Shown: one piece after another, positions 1 to 9,778 of the stretch
Layout: each line of letters begins with the position of its first letter
Position numbering within the stretch: position 1 is the first letter of the stretch
Assembly: GCA_965222075.1 (NCBI GenBank)
Contig: OZ244937.1
Location: forward strand, 5,120,001-5,184,000
Reading direction: 5' to 3'
Length of the DNA: 64,000 nt
Origin: Candidatus Latescibacterota bacterium
GTDB lineage: Bacteria; Latescibacterota; UBA2968; GCA-2709665
Program-made: the position numbers and the translations under genes
Notes under the pieces: model-generated
What the model saw: only the letters and a program-made list of their open reading frames with translations
Told to the model about the DNA's origin: nothing
Database searches by the model: none

Positions 1-7
1 TAAGGTT

Positions 8-1087
8 ATGGTAGGAGACGAACAGATTGAAACCCGGGTGGCCGCCGACAGGTTGGAGCGGTTCGTGCACGACCTGTTCCAGGCAGCAGGCGTCCCCGGG
101 GACGACGCGGAAACGATTGCCCGTACAATTATCAACCAGGAGATCCGGGGCAACACGACCCACGGGCTGCGGCTTGTCCATTTCAATCTGCGGGGGCTGG
201 CCGATGGGACGATTCGCGCCAATCCCGTCCAGCCGCTCCTGAGCGATCGGGGCATGACGGCGGTAATCGAAGGGGACCATGGGGTGGGCATTGTCGGCTG
301 TATGGAGGCGATGCGCCTGGCGATCCAAAAGGCCGGCGAGGGAGGCATCGGCATCGTTCTGATCGTTCGAAACAACCATTTTGTGGCGGCGACTCCCTAT
401 TGTCTGGAAGCGGCGAACGCCGGCATGATCGGGATTGTGTTCTCCAACACCAAGGCGGCCATGGGCTATCCCGGCGCCCGAGGATCGGTTATCGGCAACA
501 CGCCCATCGGGTTCGGCATTCCGACTGCCGGCGGATTCCCGATCCTGTTCGACGCATGTCTGACGACTTCGGGAGGGAAGCTGAGACAATGGATTCGTGA
601 GGGCAAGCGTATTCCCGCCTATCTGCAGGGGACAGACCCTGACGGCCGACCGACCGACGATCCGGAGGCGGTGCTTGTTGGCGGCACGCCGATGCCGATC
701 GGCGGCCACAAGGGCGCGGGGCTGGCCATTCTGGTGGAGGTGTTGACCGGCGTGCTGGGCGGCGCGGCTTTTCTGAGCGAAATAACGCCTCGCGATCAGG
801 TGGACCGGACGGACAAGACCCACGCTGTCAGCCATTGCTGCATTGCCATCGACGTCGAGGCGTTTATGCCCATGACGGAATTCGAAGCGCGGATGGCGGA
901 TTTTATCGCGGACCTCAAGGACAATCCGTTGGACGATGAGACCGAAGAGATCCGATTGCCCGGGGAAAGAATGGAACGGACCAGGCGGGAATGCGAGGTC
1001 CACGGAATTCCACTGGAGCCGGATGTGCAGGAGGAACTGGAGGCGTGGGCGCAAAAGTTGGGTGTGCGTTTCCCCGATGCTGTATAG
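8..1087 (+). CDS. Ldh_2 family (malate/L-lactate/ureidoglycolate-type) oxidoreductase
   Basis: Family motifs RGNTTHG, NNHF, GNTPIGFGIP, GGHKGAGLA and C-terminal RLPGE. Confidence 0.9.
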   Translation: MVGDEQIETRVAADRLERFVHDLFQAAGVPGDDAETIARTIINQEIRGNTTHGLRLVHFNLRGLADGTIRANPVQPLLSDRGMTAVIEGDHGVGIVGCMEAMRLAIQKAGEGGIGIVLIVRNNHFVAATPYCLEAANAGMIGIVFSNTKAAMGYPGARGSVIGNTPIGFGIPTAGGFPILFDACLTTSGGKLRQWIREGKRIPAYLQGTDPDGRPTDDPEAVLVGGTPMPIGGHKGAGLAILVEVLTGVLGGAAFLSEITPRDQVDRTDKTHAVSHCCIAIDVEAFMPMTEFEARMADFIADLKDNPLDDETEEIRLPGERMERTRRECEVHGIPLEPDVQEELEAWAQKLGVRFPDAV

Positions 1088-1108
1088 ATCAACACAATGC
1101 GAGGAAGA

Positions 1109-1604
1109 ATGGACGATAAACACCGGATTCGCGGCGCGACTGAAGGTGATCTGGACCGGATAGGCGAGATTATCCGTCAGGCGTGGGAGCCGATTTTCGC
1201 GTTGCACGAAGAGAACTGGGGCGGGGAGCTGTTCAGTCCTGTATGCGAACTGGGCGGAGAACATAAAGGCCAATGTAGGACGTCACATGGCGGAGAACCC
1301 GGACTGGATTTTCGTGGTGGAGTCATGCGAGACCGGCGAGGTGATGGCGTTTATCGCGTATCTGCTGGACAGGGAAAGAAGCATGGGAACGGTCGGCCTC
1401 AACGCCGTTGCAGCCGAGTTTCAGAGGCAGGGAATCGGGACGATGATGTACGACTTCGTTCTGAGTCGGTTCCGGGAAGCGGGACTCAAGTACGCCCAGG
1501 TGCGAACCGGTTTGAACGATGCGCAGGCCGCCGCCCGGAGGGCCTACGAGAAGGCGGGGTTCAATATCGCGCGGAAAGAGGTCACGTATTACACCTATCT
1601 GTAG
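1109..1604 (+). pseudogene. GNAT acetyltransferase, frameshifted near 1238
   Basis: N-terminus MDDKHRIRGATEGDL (RBS GAGGAAG at 1101) is in one frame. The acetyl-CoA motif AVAAEFQRQGIG and ARRAYEKAGF are in another frame that is open back to about 1239 (LYANWAENIKANVGRH). Could be a sequencing indel. Confidence 0.7.
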
Positions 1605-1872
1605 TTTATGTGAAATCGGATTGGCGACACTTGTAACCGTGTACTGGCCGCCTAAACCGCCATTCAGCGAAGAGCCTTTTACGCTTATGAACGAGATCAT
1701 TCAAAATCGCATCTGATTCGCGGTCTTTCCTTTTCTCGCGTGGAGCTTGGGATCTTCACGAATACAAGAAAGTAGGAGTGGTTCTTTCTCGCGTGGACCT
1801 GTTTGAGAACGCGGCTCATTCCAGGTTTGTAGATGTGCACAGGATGCACCGGTGAAGGCGCTATCGGCTGAC

Positions 1873-2146
1873 TCACTCATTGAAGAGATCGGAATGGGAG
1901 CCGGTGCGAACCAGGTGCAGCTCGTCTCTTTCGACGCGGTAAATCAATAGCCAGTCCGGCTCGATATGAGCCTCCCGGTACACCCTTCCAAATCCCCCGT
2001 AGGCGGTGGTCGCGATAGCGCGTGGATAACGGCACCCGGTGAATCAGCAACGCCAGCAGCGTCCTGAGTTTGCCCAGATCTTTTCTACGCGCCCTGGCTC
2101 TTCTTACGTCACGTTTGAACTGCGAGGACCGAACGAGAGCCAGCAT
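1873..2146 (-). pseudogene. yafQ: YafQ-family mRNA interferase toxin with +1 frameshift near 1981
   Basis: MLALVRSSQFKRDVRRA...YRDHRLRGIWKG; after one extra G the other frame reads [35 protein letters not shown], the typical YafQ C-terminus. Confidence 0.85.
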
Positions 2147-2147
2147 G

Positions 2148-2405
2148 TCAAATGTCAAGATCCCGGAACAGTTTTTCGGCACTGCCGAATCGCTTGCCCT
2201 TTCCCTCGTCCAGTTCCGCCATCGCTTTAGCGGTGGTGGGATTCGGGACTTGTACGGCGAATGGCAGTCGTTTCTCGTCAGCCACTCGCAGCAACAGCAG
2301 GCGGATCGCATCGGATACTGAGAGGCCCATAGCATGAAGCGCTTCGGTGGCCCGCGCCTTTGTATCGCTGTCGATCCGGGCACGTACGACGGTATCGTTG
2401 CCCAT
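2148..2405 (-). CDS. dinJ: RelB/DinJ family antitoxin
   Basis: MGNDTVVRARIDSDTKARATEALHAMGLSVSDAIRLLL...LPF; RBS GGAGG upstream; adjacent to yafQ. Confidence 0.9.
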   Translation of the reverse strand: MGNDTVVRARIDSDTKARATEALHAMGLSVSDAIRLLLLRVADEKRLPFAVQVPNPTTAKAMAELDEGKGKRFGSAEKLFRDLDI

Positions 2406-2424
2406 ATTTTCAACCTCCGGAAAT

Positions 2425-2463
2425 TTGTAGTTACAATGTAGCCACAATGCCAAAAATTGTCAA
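2425..2463 (-). promoter_or_regulatory. sigma70 promoter and operator of dinJ-yafQ
   Basis: Minus-strand TTGACA (2458-2463) - 17 bp - TACATT (2435-2440), overlapped by the imperfect palindromes TTGTAGTTACAA and TGTAGCCACA. Confidence 0.7.
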
Positions 2464-2514
2464 GTAAGAATCCGGTCGGCTTTAACTCGGAGCGATCGTA
2501 GAAAGGGGGCGGGT

Positions 2515-3582
2515 TTGGAAAAGTACACATTTCGTGGAGGCCCCGCCGAAGCGGGACGGGCGCAGGGTGCGCTCAATCCCGAATATGCCCGGCGGGAGTT
2601 GGCGCGAAGGTTGAAACAGCCCCAGGACTTTGAGGATAGGTACTTCCGCCAGAACATATCCTTCATGCGCCGGGAATTCCCGGAACTGGTGACGCAGATG
2701 GAGGCATACGGCGAGTCGGCAGGGATCGAAGACTTCGACCATACGTTTCTGCTGCATGTCTACTTCACCGCCGCCGACCTGGACGGATGTTCGGCGTTCG
2801 GGCTTCTGCTGAAGGACGATGGGCCCGCAATGTTGAGGACCTACGATACGAGTTCGGTCAGCAGGGTTGAGGATTTCGTGAAGGACAAAATCCTGATGGG
2901 ACTGCCGGACTGCAGGCCGCACGGGCTGGCCGGCATCGGGGAGCGGTTCGGGGTCACGGTCGGCACGGCGATCAACGACGCCGGGCTGCTGGTGGGCTGC
3001 GCTTCGGGTCACCGGAAATTCAATCCGGGCGCCAACCCCGAACACGTCAATCTCTATTTCACCACGCACCTGCTCGCCCAATATTGCTCCGACTGCGGCG
3101 ACGTGCGGCATTTCCTCCGGGAGTACCGGATCTCGGGCATCAAGGGACTCACGGGCGTGGCCGTGGACGCGGAGGGAGATATGGTCGGGTTTGAACTGGA
3201 ATCGGCGAACATCGCGCTGCGGGAGTCCGAAAACGGAATGGTGATCGAGACCAACCACTGGCAGGACCCGGACCTCCAGCGCCCGTCGCGCGAGGCTGAT
3301 CCGGACTGGTGGGCGAGCGCCTCGTACTACAACTCCCAGAACAGGATCCAGTACCTGGCCTGCCACCGGGATGCGTTCGAAAAAATGCGTACCGTGAGCG
3401 AACTGACCGATTTTTCGTTCGACGTGCACGCGCCGGGCAGAATTCTGCAGAGCCCGGAAACCAATATCGGAAGCTGGTTCACCACCCACGGGATTTTTAT
3501 GACGTCGCGAGACCGGAAGATACGCGTGCACCGGTATCCGCTGGAGAAGGACCGGTTCACGGAAATGGGGTATGGAGAGTGA
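2515..3582 (+). CDS. C45 family Ntn-hydrolase (acyl-CoA:6-APA acyltransferase-like)
   Basis: DGCSAFG autoproteolytic Cys, INDAGL, ETNHW; paralogue of 9779-10843. Confidence 0.7.
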   Translation: MEKYTFRGGPAEAGRAQGALNPEYARRELARRLKQPQDFEDRYFRQNISFMRREFPELVTQMEAYGESAGIEDFDHTFLLHVYFTAADLDGCSAFGLLLKDDGPAMLRTYDTSSVSRVEDFVKDKILMGLPDCRPHGLAGIGERFGVTVGTAINDAGLLVGCASGHRKFNPGANPEHVNLYFTTHLLAQYCSDCGDVRHFLREYRISGIKGLTGVAVDAEGDMVGFELESANIALRESENGMVIETNHWQDPDLQRPSREADPDWWASASYYNSQNRIQYLACHRDAFEKMRTVSELTDFSFDVHAPGRILQSPETNIGSWFTTHGIFMTSRDRKIRVHRYPLEKDRFTEMGYGE

Positions 3583-3623
3583 CGGATAGCACAACGAACT
3601 GCGAAACGGGAGGTAAAACGCCA

Positions 3624-5150
3624 ATGACGGAGAATTCAAATGTGGCCGGGAACGTGGACAGGATGAACACGAATGCTGGCAGCGCGGACGGTTTCCTGCT
3701 GATGGAAGGAATCGAGTCCGTACATCACGTGACGCAAACCGTGTGCGAGGCGGAGAAACATCCGCTCAATCCCGTGCTTCCGGTGGGCGACTCGCACGAG
3801 TGGGATTCGACGCACTGCGCGCCCTGGTCGTCGCCCACGGTGATCTACGACGACGAGGATAAACTCTTCAAGGCCTGGTACGCGGGTTCGGACATCGCGC
3901 CCACACGGTGGTGGGCAACCGGCTACGCCATCAGCGAGGATGGGGTCAACTGGCACAAGCCCGTGCTGGGTCTGCACGAGTACAACGGGAGCAAGAAAAA
4001 CAACATCGTCCTGGACGGGCGGGGCCCGATCATCAAAGATGACACGGAGCCGGACCCGAACAAGCGATTCAAAGGGATCAAGCGCAGCTTCGCGGGGCAG
4101 GGCTATGCTGGGCGAGGCGCTCGTGCCAACTACTCACCAGATGGCATCCACTGGACCGAAGGCCCCAAGATCGACCTGCCAGAGTGGTTCCGCGGCCCTC
4201 CGGACATCGGCGTGCTCGTCCGCGACGATCAGGATCCCGACCCCTCACGGCGGTACAAGACCGTCTTTCAGGAGATGGTGCCGTTCGACAAGCCGGATAT
4301 AAAGCGCTTCGCAGAACGATACCGAGGACTCGGACGCGCCAAGATTCTGGCGTACGGCCCGGACATCGAGCACTTTCGAAGGGCGGACGAGAACCCGCTG
4401 ATTTCCCCGGCCGACGGCCTCGAGTACGAGGACCACCACATCATGATGTCGCCGTACGGAGGCGCGTGGATCATCTGCTACGAGTACGGCTGGTACGTGC
4501 CGAACCGCTACGGCTTCTACGGCATGTATGCGGCCGACGTGCGCCTGGCCGTGAGCGGGGACGGGCTCAATTTCGATCGGGTGAATCCGCACCAGAAGGT
4601 CATCAGTCGCGGCGCGCATACGGAGTGGGACGGGGGGCTGCTCATCATTACGGATAAGCCGGTTGTCAAGGACGGGACCATCTACCTGTTCTATGGCGGG
4701 TCGGGCGAAGACTTCACGAGTTGGCCCCCGGAGAACGAGATCCCGGAGTTCAGGCATGAGATGGGGAGTGGGAGCGCGCGCCTCGCACGGATGGGTCTGG
4801 CGACGCTTCGCGAGGATGGCTTCACGTGCCTTGAGACTCCCGACCGCGAGACTCCAGGCCATGCAACAACAACGCCACTGGAGCTGAGCGATCGATTGAC
4901 CACGCTCACGGTGAACGTAGGAGACGTTCGGCAAAACCGTAATTGGATCGAGGTTGAAGTCCTCGACGCGGATTCCGGCGAGCCGATCCCAGGCTTCGAA
5001 TGCACCGACTGCAACGATATCTTTGTCGACGGACTGCGTCGCCCCGTCGAATGGGGCGAGAAGCGTCTCGCCGATATCGATCGGAACCGGTTCAAGCTGC
5101 GTTTCTGGCTGTACGGCACCGCCCGGCTCTACGGATACAGATTCGTCTGA
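3624..5150 (+). CDS. Five-bladed beta-propeller glycoside-hydrolase-like protein (GH32/43/130-like) with C-terminal beta-sandwich
   Basis: KHPLNPVL, FKAWY, YAISEDGVNWHKP, SPDGIHW Asp-box-like repeats, GLATLREDGF; RBS GGGAGG before ATG 3624. Confidence 0.7.
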   Translation: MTENSNVAGNVDRMNTNAGSADGFLLMEGIESVHHVTQTVCEAEKHPLNPVLPVGDSHEWDSTHCAPWSSPTVIYDDEDKLFKAWYAGSDIAPTRWWATGYAISEDGVNWHKPVLGLHEYNGSKKNNIVLDGRGPIIKDDTEPDPNKRFKGIKRSFAGQGYAGRGARANYSPDGIHWTEGPKIDLPEWFRGPPDIGVLVRDDQDPDPSRRYKTVFQEMVPFDKPDIKRFAERYRGLGRAKILAYGPDIEHFRRADENPLISPADGLEYEDHHIMMSPYGGAWIICYEYGWYVPNRYGFYGMYAADVRLAVSGDGLNFDRVNPHQKVISRGAHTEWDGGLLIITDKPVVKDGTIYLFYGGSGEDFTSWPPENEIPEFRHEMGSGSARLARMGLATLREDGFTCLETPDRETPGHATTTPLELSDRLTTLTVNVGDVRQNRNWIEVEVLDADSGEPIPGFECTDCNDIFVDGLRRPVEWGEKRLADIDRNRFKLRFWLYGTARLYGYRFV

Positions 5151-5203
5151 TCGGTGGCCCTGGCGTCGCCCGGCACCAGGCGGAATAACAGGGGGGAATT
5201 CCA

Positions 5204-7033
5204 TTGGATGAGAAACAGACTCAGGATGTGATTGTGGTCAGGGATGTGATGGTCCCGATGCGGGACGGGGTGCGCCTGGCCACGGATCTCTACTTACCGG
5301 GAAAGGATATGCGCCAACTGGAAGGGACGTTTCCCGCTGTTCTGGACAGGACGCCGTATAACAAGAAAGGCGGTGCGGAGATTGCGAGTTTTTTCGCGCG
5401 TCACGGCTATCTGTCGGTCGTGCAGGACTGCCGGGGACGCTACGGTTCCGGGGGCGTGTTCTTTCCGTTCAGAGACGATCCGGAGGACGGGTTCGACACG
5501 ATTGAGTGGATCGCCAATCACGCGTTGTGCAATGGGAAGGTGGGAATGTACGGGTGTTCTCACGATGCGTGGGTGCAGTTTCACGCAGCCACCCAGAATC
5601 CCCCGGCGCTGGCTACGATGATCCCGTTTGAAGGGCCGATCAATGCCTATCATTACAGCATGCGCGAGGGCGGCGCCCTGCATCTGGGGCTTTTGAACTG
5701 GGCGGTTCGGATGTCGACCACCAGCCATGAGGCACAGGCGGACCCTGCGATTGCCGAAGCCATACGGCCGATGTCGACCGACGGGCGGCACTTTCTGGAA
5801 TGGGCTTCCCGCATCCCCTGGAGGCGTGGCCAGACCCCTCTGGCGATGGTACCCCAATACGAAGACGTGGTTTTTCAGCTTTATTTCGAGAATAACGATT
5901 ATACGGAATTCTGGCGGCAGCCGGGCTTTGCCATGGATGAGTATTTCGATTCGTTTCCGGACATGCCCATCCTCTGGATGGTGGGCTGGTTCGACTGGTA
6001 TCCGAGGACGATTATTGATGGGTTTCAGAAGATGGTGAAGATGAACCGGAAGCACCAGCATCTGCTGGTGGGTCCCTGGACGCACGGCAACTGTCATCCA
6101 TCCTGTGGGGATGTGCACTTCGGGTCGGAGGGGGGTCTCCATTTCCACGAGGATTTTCTTCACCTCTATCTGGAGTGGTTCAATCGCTGGTTGAAGGAGG
6201 ATCCGACCGCAGATGTGGGCAGTGCGGTGCGGATGTTCCAGATGGGCGGGGGGGATGGCAGCCGGGACAGGGAGGGATTTTTGAACCACGGGGGGACGTG
6301 GTGCTGCGGTGAGGTCTGGCCGCCGGAGGGCTCGCGGTCGACACCGTTCTACATCCACGAAAACGGGAGCTTGTCGTCCGAAGAACCCTCTGAGGAAAGC
6401 GCATCAACGACGTATACCTACGATCCGCGCAATACGGTTTCCAGCAACGGCCGCTGTATTATCCCTTATGGTCCGATGAAGGAGGGATGGTTCAAAGGGA
6501 TGGGGCCTCGCGATCAGATCGAGATTGAGACCCTGCCCGGACACGGCATTCCGGGGATGCCGATCGCCTCCCGGCCCGATGTGCTGGTTTTTCAGACTGC
6601 TCCATTGAACGCAGATGTCTCAATTGCAGGGAACATCAAGGGGGTTCTGTGGATATCGTCGGACGCGCCGGATACGGACTTTTTTATGAAACTGGTCGAT
6701 GTGTATCCGTCCAGTCTCGATGATCCGACGGGCTATGGTTTTCCGGTTTCCGAGGGCATTCTGCGTGTGCGCTATCGGGATAGCTGGGAACATCCAAGCC
6801 CGATGCAACCCGGAACCGTGTACCGGATCGAAATCGACATGCAGCCGTCCGCCAACCTCTTCAAAGCAGGCCATCGCATCCGTCTGGATATCTGCAGCAG
6901 CAACTTTCCCAACTACGATATCAACCGGAACACGGGTGACCCGGATGACAGGGCGTGGCGAATCGCACAGAATACGGTTTACCATGAGGCTGGACACGCC
7001 TCTTATATCGAGTTGCCCATCCGGACGGTGTGA
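5204..7033 (+). CDS. CocE/NonD family hydrolase
   Basis: VPMRDGVRLATDLYLP, RTPY, QDCRGRYGSGG, GMYGCSH, GPWTHG, GHRIRLDICSSNFP. Confidence 0.92.
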   Translation: MDEKQTQDVIVVRDVMVPMRDGVRLATDLYLPGKDMRQLEGTFPAVLDRTPYNKKGGAEIASFFARHGYLSVVQDCRGRYGSGGVFFPFRDDPEDGFDTIEWIANHALCNGKVGMYGCSHDAWVQFHAATQNPPALATMIPFEGPINAYHYSMREGGALHLGLLNWAVRMSTTSHEAQADPAIAEAIRPMSTDGRHFLEWASRIPWRRGQTPLAMVPQYEDVVFQLYFENNDYTEFWRQPGFAMDEYFDSFPDMPILWMVGWFDWYPRTIIDGFQKMVKMNRKHQHLLVGPWTHGNCHPSCGDVHFGSEGGLHFHEDFLHLYLEWFNRWLKEDPTADVGSAVRMFQMGGGDGSRDREGFLNHGGTWCCGEVWPPEGSRSTPFYIHENGSLSSEEPSEESASTTYTYDPRNTVSSNGRCIIPYGPMKEGWFKGMGPRDQIEIETLPGHGIPGMPIASRPDVLVFQTAPLNADVSIAGNIKGVLWISSDAPDTDFFMKLVDVYPSSLDDPTGYGFPVSEGILRVRYRDSWEHPSPMQPGTVYRIEIDMQPSANLFKAGHRIRLDICSSNFPNYDINRNTGDPDDRAWRIAQNTVYHEAGHASYIELPIRTV

Positions 7034-7085
7034 TGGGGTCTCCGTCATCCGCAACCCCTCCACACCCTTCCCATGCCTTCGGCGA

Positions 7086-7117
7086 GGCCTTTTTCTTGTT
7101 CGCCCAAGAAAAAGGCC
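7086..7117. repeat. Perfect 13-bp stem hairpin (terminator or REP-like)
   Basis: GGCCTTTTTCTTG-ttcgcc-CAAGAAAAAGGCC. Confidence 0.6.
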
Positions 7118-7199
7118 GAAAAAGAAAGAAGCTCAAACTGGCCGCTGGTGCGATGGTGCTGCTTTTCCGCGAATTGCCCCTGTGGTGGAAGCGGAAGCT

Positions 7200-7232
7200 C
7201 CTGTCTGCCGTGCCGGGCACGGCACAGGCAGG
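7200..7232. repeat. 33-bp palindromic element CCTGYCTG...CAGGCAGG
   Basis: CCTGTCT-GCCGTGCC-G-GGCACGGC-AC-AGGCAGG; same ends and length as 35145-35177. Confidence 0.65.
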
Positions 7233-7328
7233 TCTCGGACCTTTGGGGCGTTTTTGGGCGATGGTGCTGGAGGGAACCGCGCGGAAAAGCCCCTTCCCCC
7301 CGTCCCAAAAGCGCGGGAGGTGAGACAC

Positions 7329-8363
7329 GTGACCGGAGAAATTGCAGGCAGAAAGCTTCTCTGCCTGGACATGATGGAAGAACCCTTCGCAGTGTCGGGC
7401 TTTGCCTGGCTGGATCAGGAACGGAGGTTCTGCCGGCTGCCAGTGGACGCTTTGCCTGACATGAGCGAGGCCGTCCGGACGCTGGCCTGGCACACCCCGG
7501 GCGGTATGGGTCGTTTCAGGACAGATTCCAGCACGATCGCCATCAAGGTGGAACTGCCGACAGTCGTTGATATGTCACACATGCCGCGGACCGGAAATTC
7601 CGGATTCGACCTTTATCTGGGCGGTGGGAAAGAGAAGAGGTTCCTGAACACCGCCAGACCGCGCACAAATGAGCCGGTGTATGAGGCGCTTCTGGTCGAT
7701 GGCCTGGATAGAGGCATGCGTGAGTGGACGCTGAATTTCCCGCTTTACAACGGCGTCAACCGGGTTCTGGTGGGCCTGGATGCAGACGCGGAAGTCGAAC
7801 CGCCTTCGCCGTTCACAGTTGAGAAGCCGCTTCTCTTCTACGGATCGTCGATCACGCAGGGAGGCTGTGCGTCCCGGCCGGGGAACGCCTACACCCACAT
7901 CCTGGCGCGGTGGCTGGATGCGAACCTGGTCAACCTCGGATTCAGTGGGGGCGCGAAGGGGGAGCCGGGCATGGCCCGCCTGATTGCGACGATGGACATG
8001 AGCGTCTTTATTATGGATTACGATTACAATGCGCCGTCGGCGGAGCATTTGGAGCAGACCCACGAGGCGTTCTTCCGGATTGTGAGAGAGGCCCGTCCCG
8101 AGCTTCCCGCTGTAATCGTTTCGAGTCCGTCAGTTGATACCAATCCATCACGCTGGGTGGAGAGACGGGAAATCGTTCGCAGGACGTACGAGAATGCCGT
8201 GAGACGGGGGGACAGCAAGGTCTGGTTTGTGGATGGGGAGACCCTGTTCGGCACAACCGATCGGGATGGCTGTACGGTTGACGGGTGCCACCCGAACGAC
8301 CTGGGGTTTTTGCGCATGGCCAAAGCGATTCGTTCGTCGGTTGAGGCCGCTCTGGATGGTTGA
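7329..8363 (+). CDS. SGNH/GDSL hydrolase with N-terminal GxDLY domain
   Basis: GFDLY, FYGSSITQG, NLGFSG, DGCHPND; GTG start after GGGAGG. Confidence 0.88.
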   Translation: MTGEIAGRKLLCLDMMEEPFAVSGFAWLDQERRFCRLPVDALPDMSEAVRTLAWHTPGGMGRFRTDSSTIAIKVELPTVVDMSHMPRTGNSGFDLYLGGGKEKRFLNTARPRTNEPVYEALLVDGLDRGMREWTLNFPLYNGVNRVLVGLDADAEVEPPSPFTVEKPLLFYGSSITQGGCASRPGNAYTHILARWLDANLVNLGFSGGAKGEPGMARLIATMDMSVFIMDYDYNAPSAEHLEQTHEAFFRIVREARPELPAVIVSSPSVDTNPSRWVERREIVRRTYENAVRRGDSKVWFVDGETLFGTTDRDGCTVDGCHPNDLGFLRMAKAIRSSVEAALDG

Positions 8364-8403
8364 CGGCCTCCGAGAACCCGGACTTGTTGGGGGTGTGCGT
8401 GCT

Positions 8404-9627
8404 ATGAACGCGGGGGTATGCAGTATCCGTCCCATCGTTTCGCAGGATTTCAACTGGCATGACGCAGGGGAGGGTGGAGCCTATGTTTTCGGGGAGGACG
8501 GGTACCTGACGATGGATGGGTCGCGGGGCAGGGTTGTCTGTTCCAGGCACCTGAGGAACCCGATCCGGAGCAGGGAGGGTGTGGTCGAGTTGAAGTTGCG
8601 GGTGGTGCTGGGAAAACGGTATCACATCCGCTTCTATGACTCCGAAGAACGCCTGGCTGTGGACTGCCAAATCGACGAGGACAGTCGGGTACGGTTCGCC
8701 AGGCAAGGTACCTGCGCGGACTCCGGGAGATTTCTGACGTTTCACTACGGGAAGCCTTATACCGATTCGGGGAACCGCGCACCCTATGTCGTGCCGTCGG
8801 ACGAGCACTGCCTGCGGTTCGAGGGGTTCGATTCCGCGGAAGGAGGCGTGGATTTCGTCCTGGACGGCGCGGAGCCGGTCGCGATGGCCGGGTGTTTGAA
8901 CGGGCTCTCGAAGGAGCTCTCGAAGGTCGAGCTGGTCACGGGAGAGGTAGGTGTTGGGAGCGTGATCCGCCTGCGGGAGTACGTGGAGTACGCCGGGGGC
9001 GTCCCGGTTTACCGGGAGGGCTTCCCGCTGCACTGGAAGCCCGTTTCTGCTCCGCCTGACGGGATGCCGGACGACAATGTCTGTGAGACGCTGATGCGCC
9101 CGACGGACTACCGGTGGCTCGAGACGGCGACACGGTACGGCTATGTCAAAGCCCACATTCCCTGCCTGCCAAAGGGCGCCGTCGCGTTCGAGATGAAGAC
9201 CGCGGATGCCGCACTTGAATCCTGCCTGATCCTGGAGGAGTATCAGGGGGTTATCAAATACGGCAATATCCAGCTCGGGCTGCTCAGAGGAAGGATGATC
9301 GTCTGCACACGGGATGGAGTTCTGAAGTTCGACCAGCCCGTCGAGGCAGCCAGCGGCCGGGTCTACAAGATCCGCGTTGCGTGGGACAGAGACGCCGGGA
9401 CGTTCCGTATCAGGATCGACGGCACACCCATGAGCTGCGGCGGAGTCCGTGAGTTCCCCTTTCCCAACGTGCCGGAAAGAGGGATTGACACGATCACGCT
9501 TCACCCCGGGGACTCGCGAGCGAGGCTGTCCACGATGCAGAAGTGCCAGGGGATAAAGGCTCGCGAAGTTGAACCTCTTCTGACGTATTGGGGGAGGTTC
9601 AGGGTTTACGATCTCGAAGGGCTTTGA
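8404..9627 (+). CDS. Hypothetical beta-rich protein (possible concanavalin-like domains)
   Basis: Long co-oriented ORF; no motif recognised. Confidence 0.55.
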   Translation: MNAGVCSIRPIVSQDFNWHDAGEGGAYVFGEDGYLTMDGSRGRVVCSRHLRNPIRSREGVVELKLRVVLGKRYHIRFYDSEERLAVDCQIDEDSRVRFARQGTCADSGRFLTFHYGKPYTDSGNRAPYVVPSDEHCLRFEGFDSAEGGVDFVLDGAEPVAMAGCLNGLSKELSKVELVTGEVGVGSVIRLREYVEYAGGVPVYREGFPLHWKPVSAPPDGMPDDNVCETLMRPTDYRWLETATRYGYVKAHIPCLPKGAVAFEMKTADAALESCLILEEYQGVIKYGNIQLGLLRGRMIVCTRDGVLKFDQPVEAASGRVYKIRVAWDRDAGTFRIRIDGTPMSCGGVREFPFPNVPERGIDTITLHPGDSRARLSTMQKCQGIKAREVEPLLTYWGRFRVYDLEGL

Positions 9628-9778
9628 ATCTCAGGTAAGCGTTCGCCGCAGAGATGCGGAGGACGCAGAGAAAACCCAAACTGTGCGTTGCAGAAGGCGG
9701 TCGCAGGCGGACCTGATCCGGAGTTGGGGGTCGGGCATCATGGATCGAAAAGACGAATCACGTCACAAGGAGGCGTTT

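Noticed and set aside
1732-1797. Direct repeat TTTCTCGCGTGGA (two copies)
   Set aside because: Only two short copies with no supporting context.
6699-7328. N-terminal extension of the SGNH ORF (554 aa)
   Set aside because: It overlaps CocE and crosses a palindromic intergenic region; a better RBS and GTG start lie at 7329.
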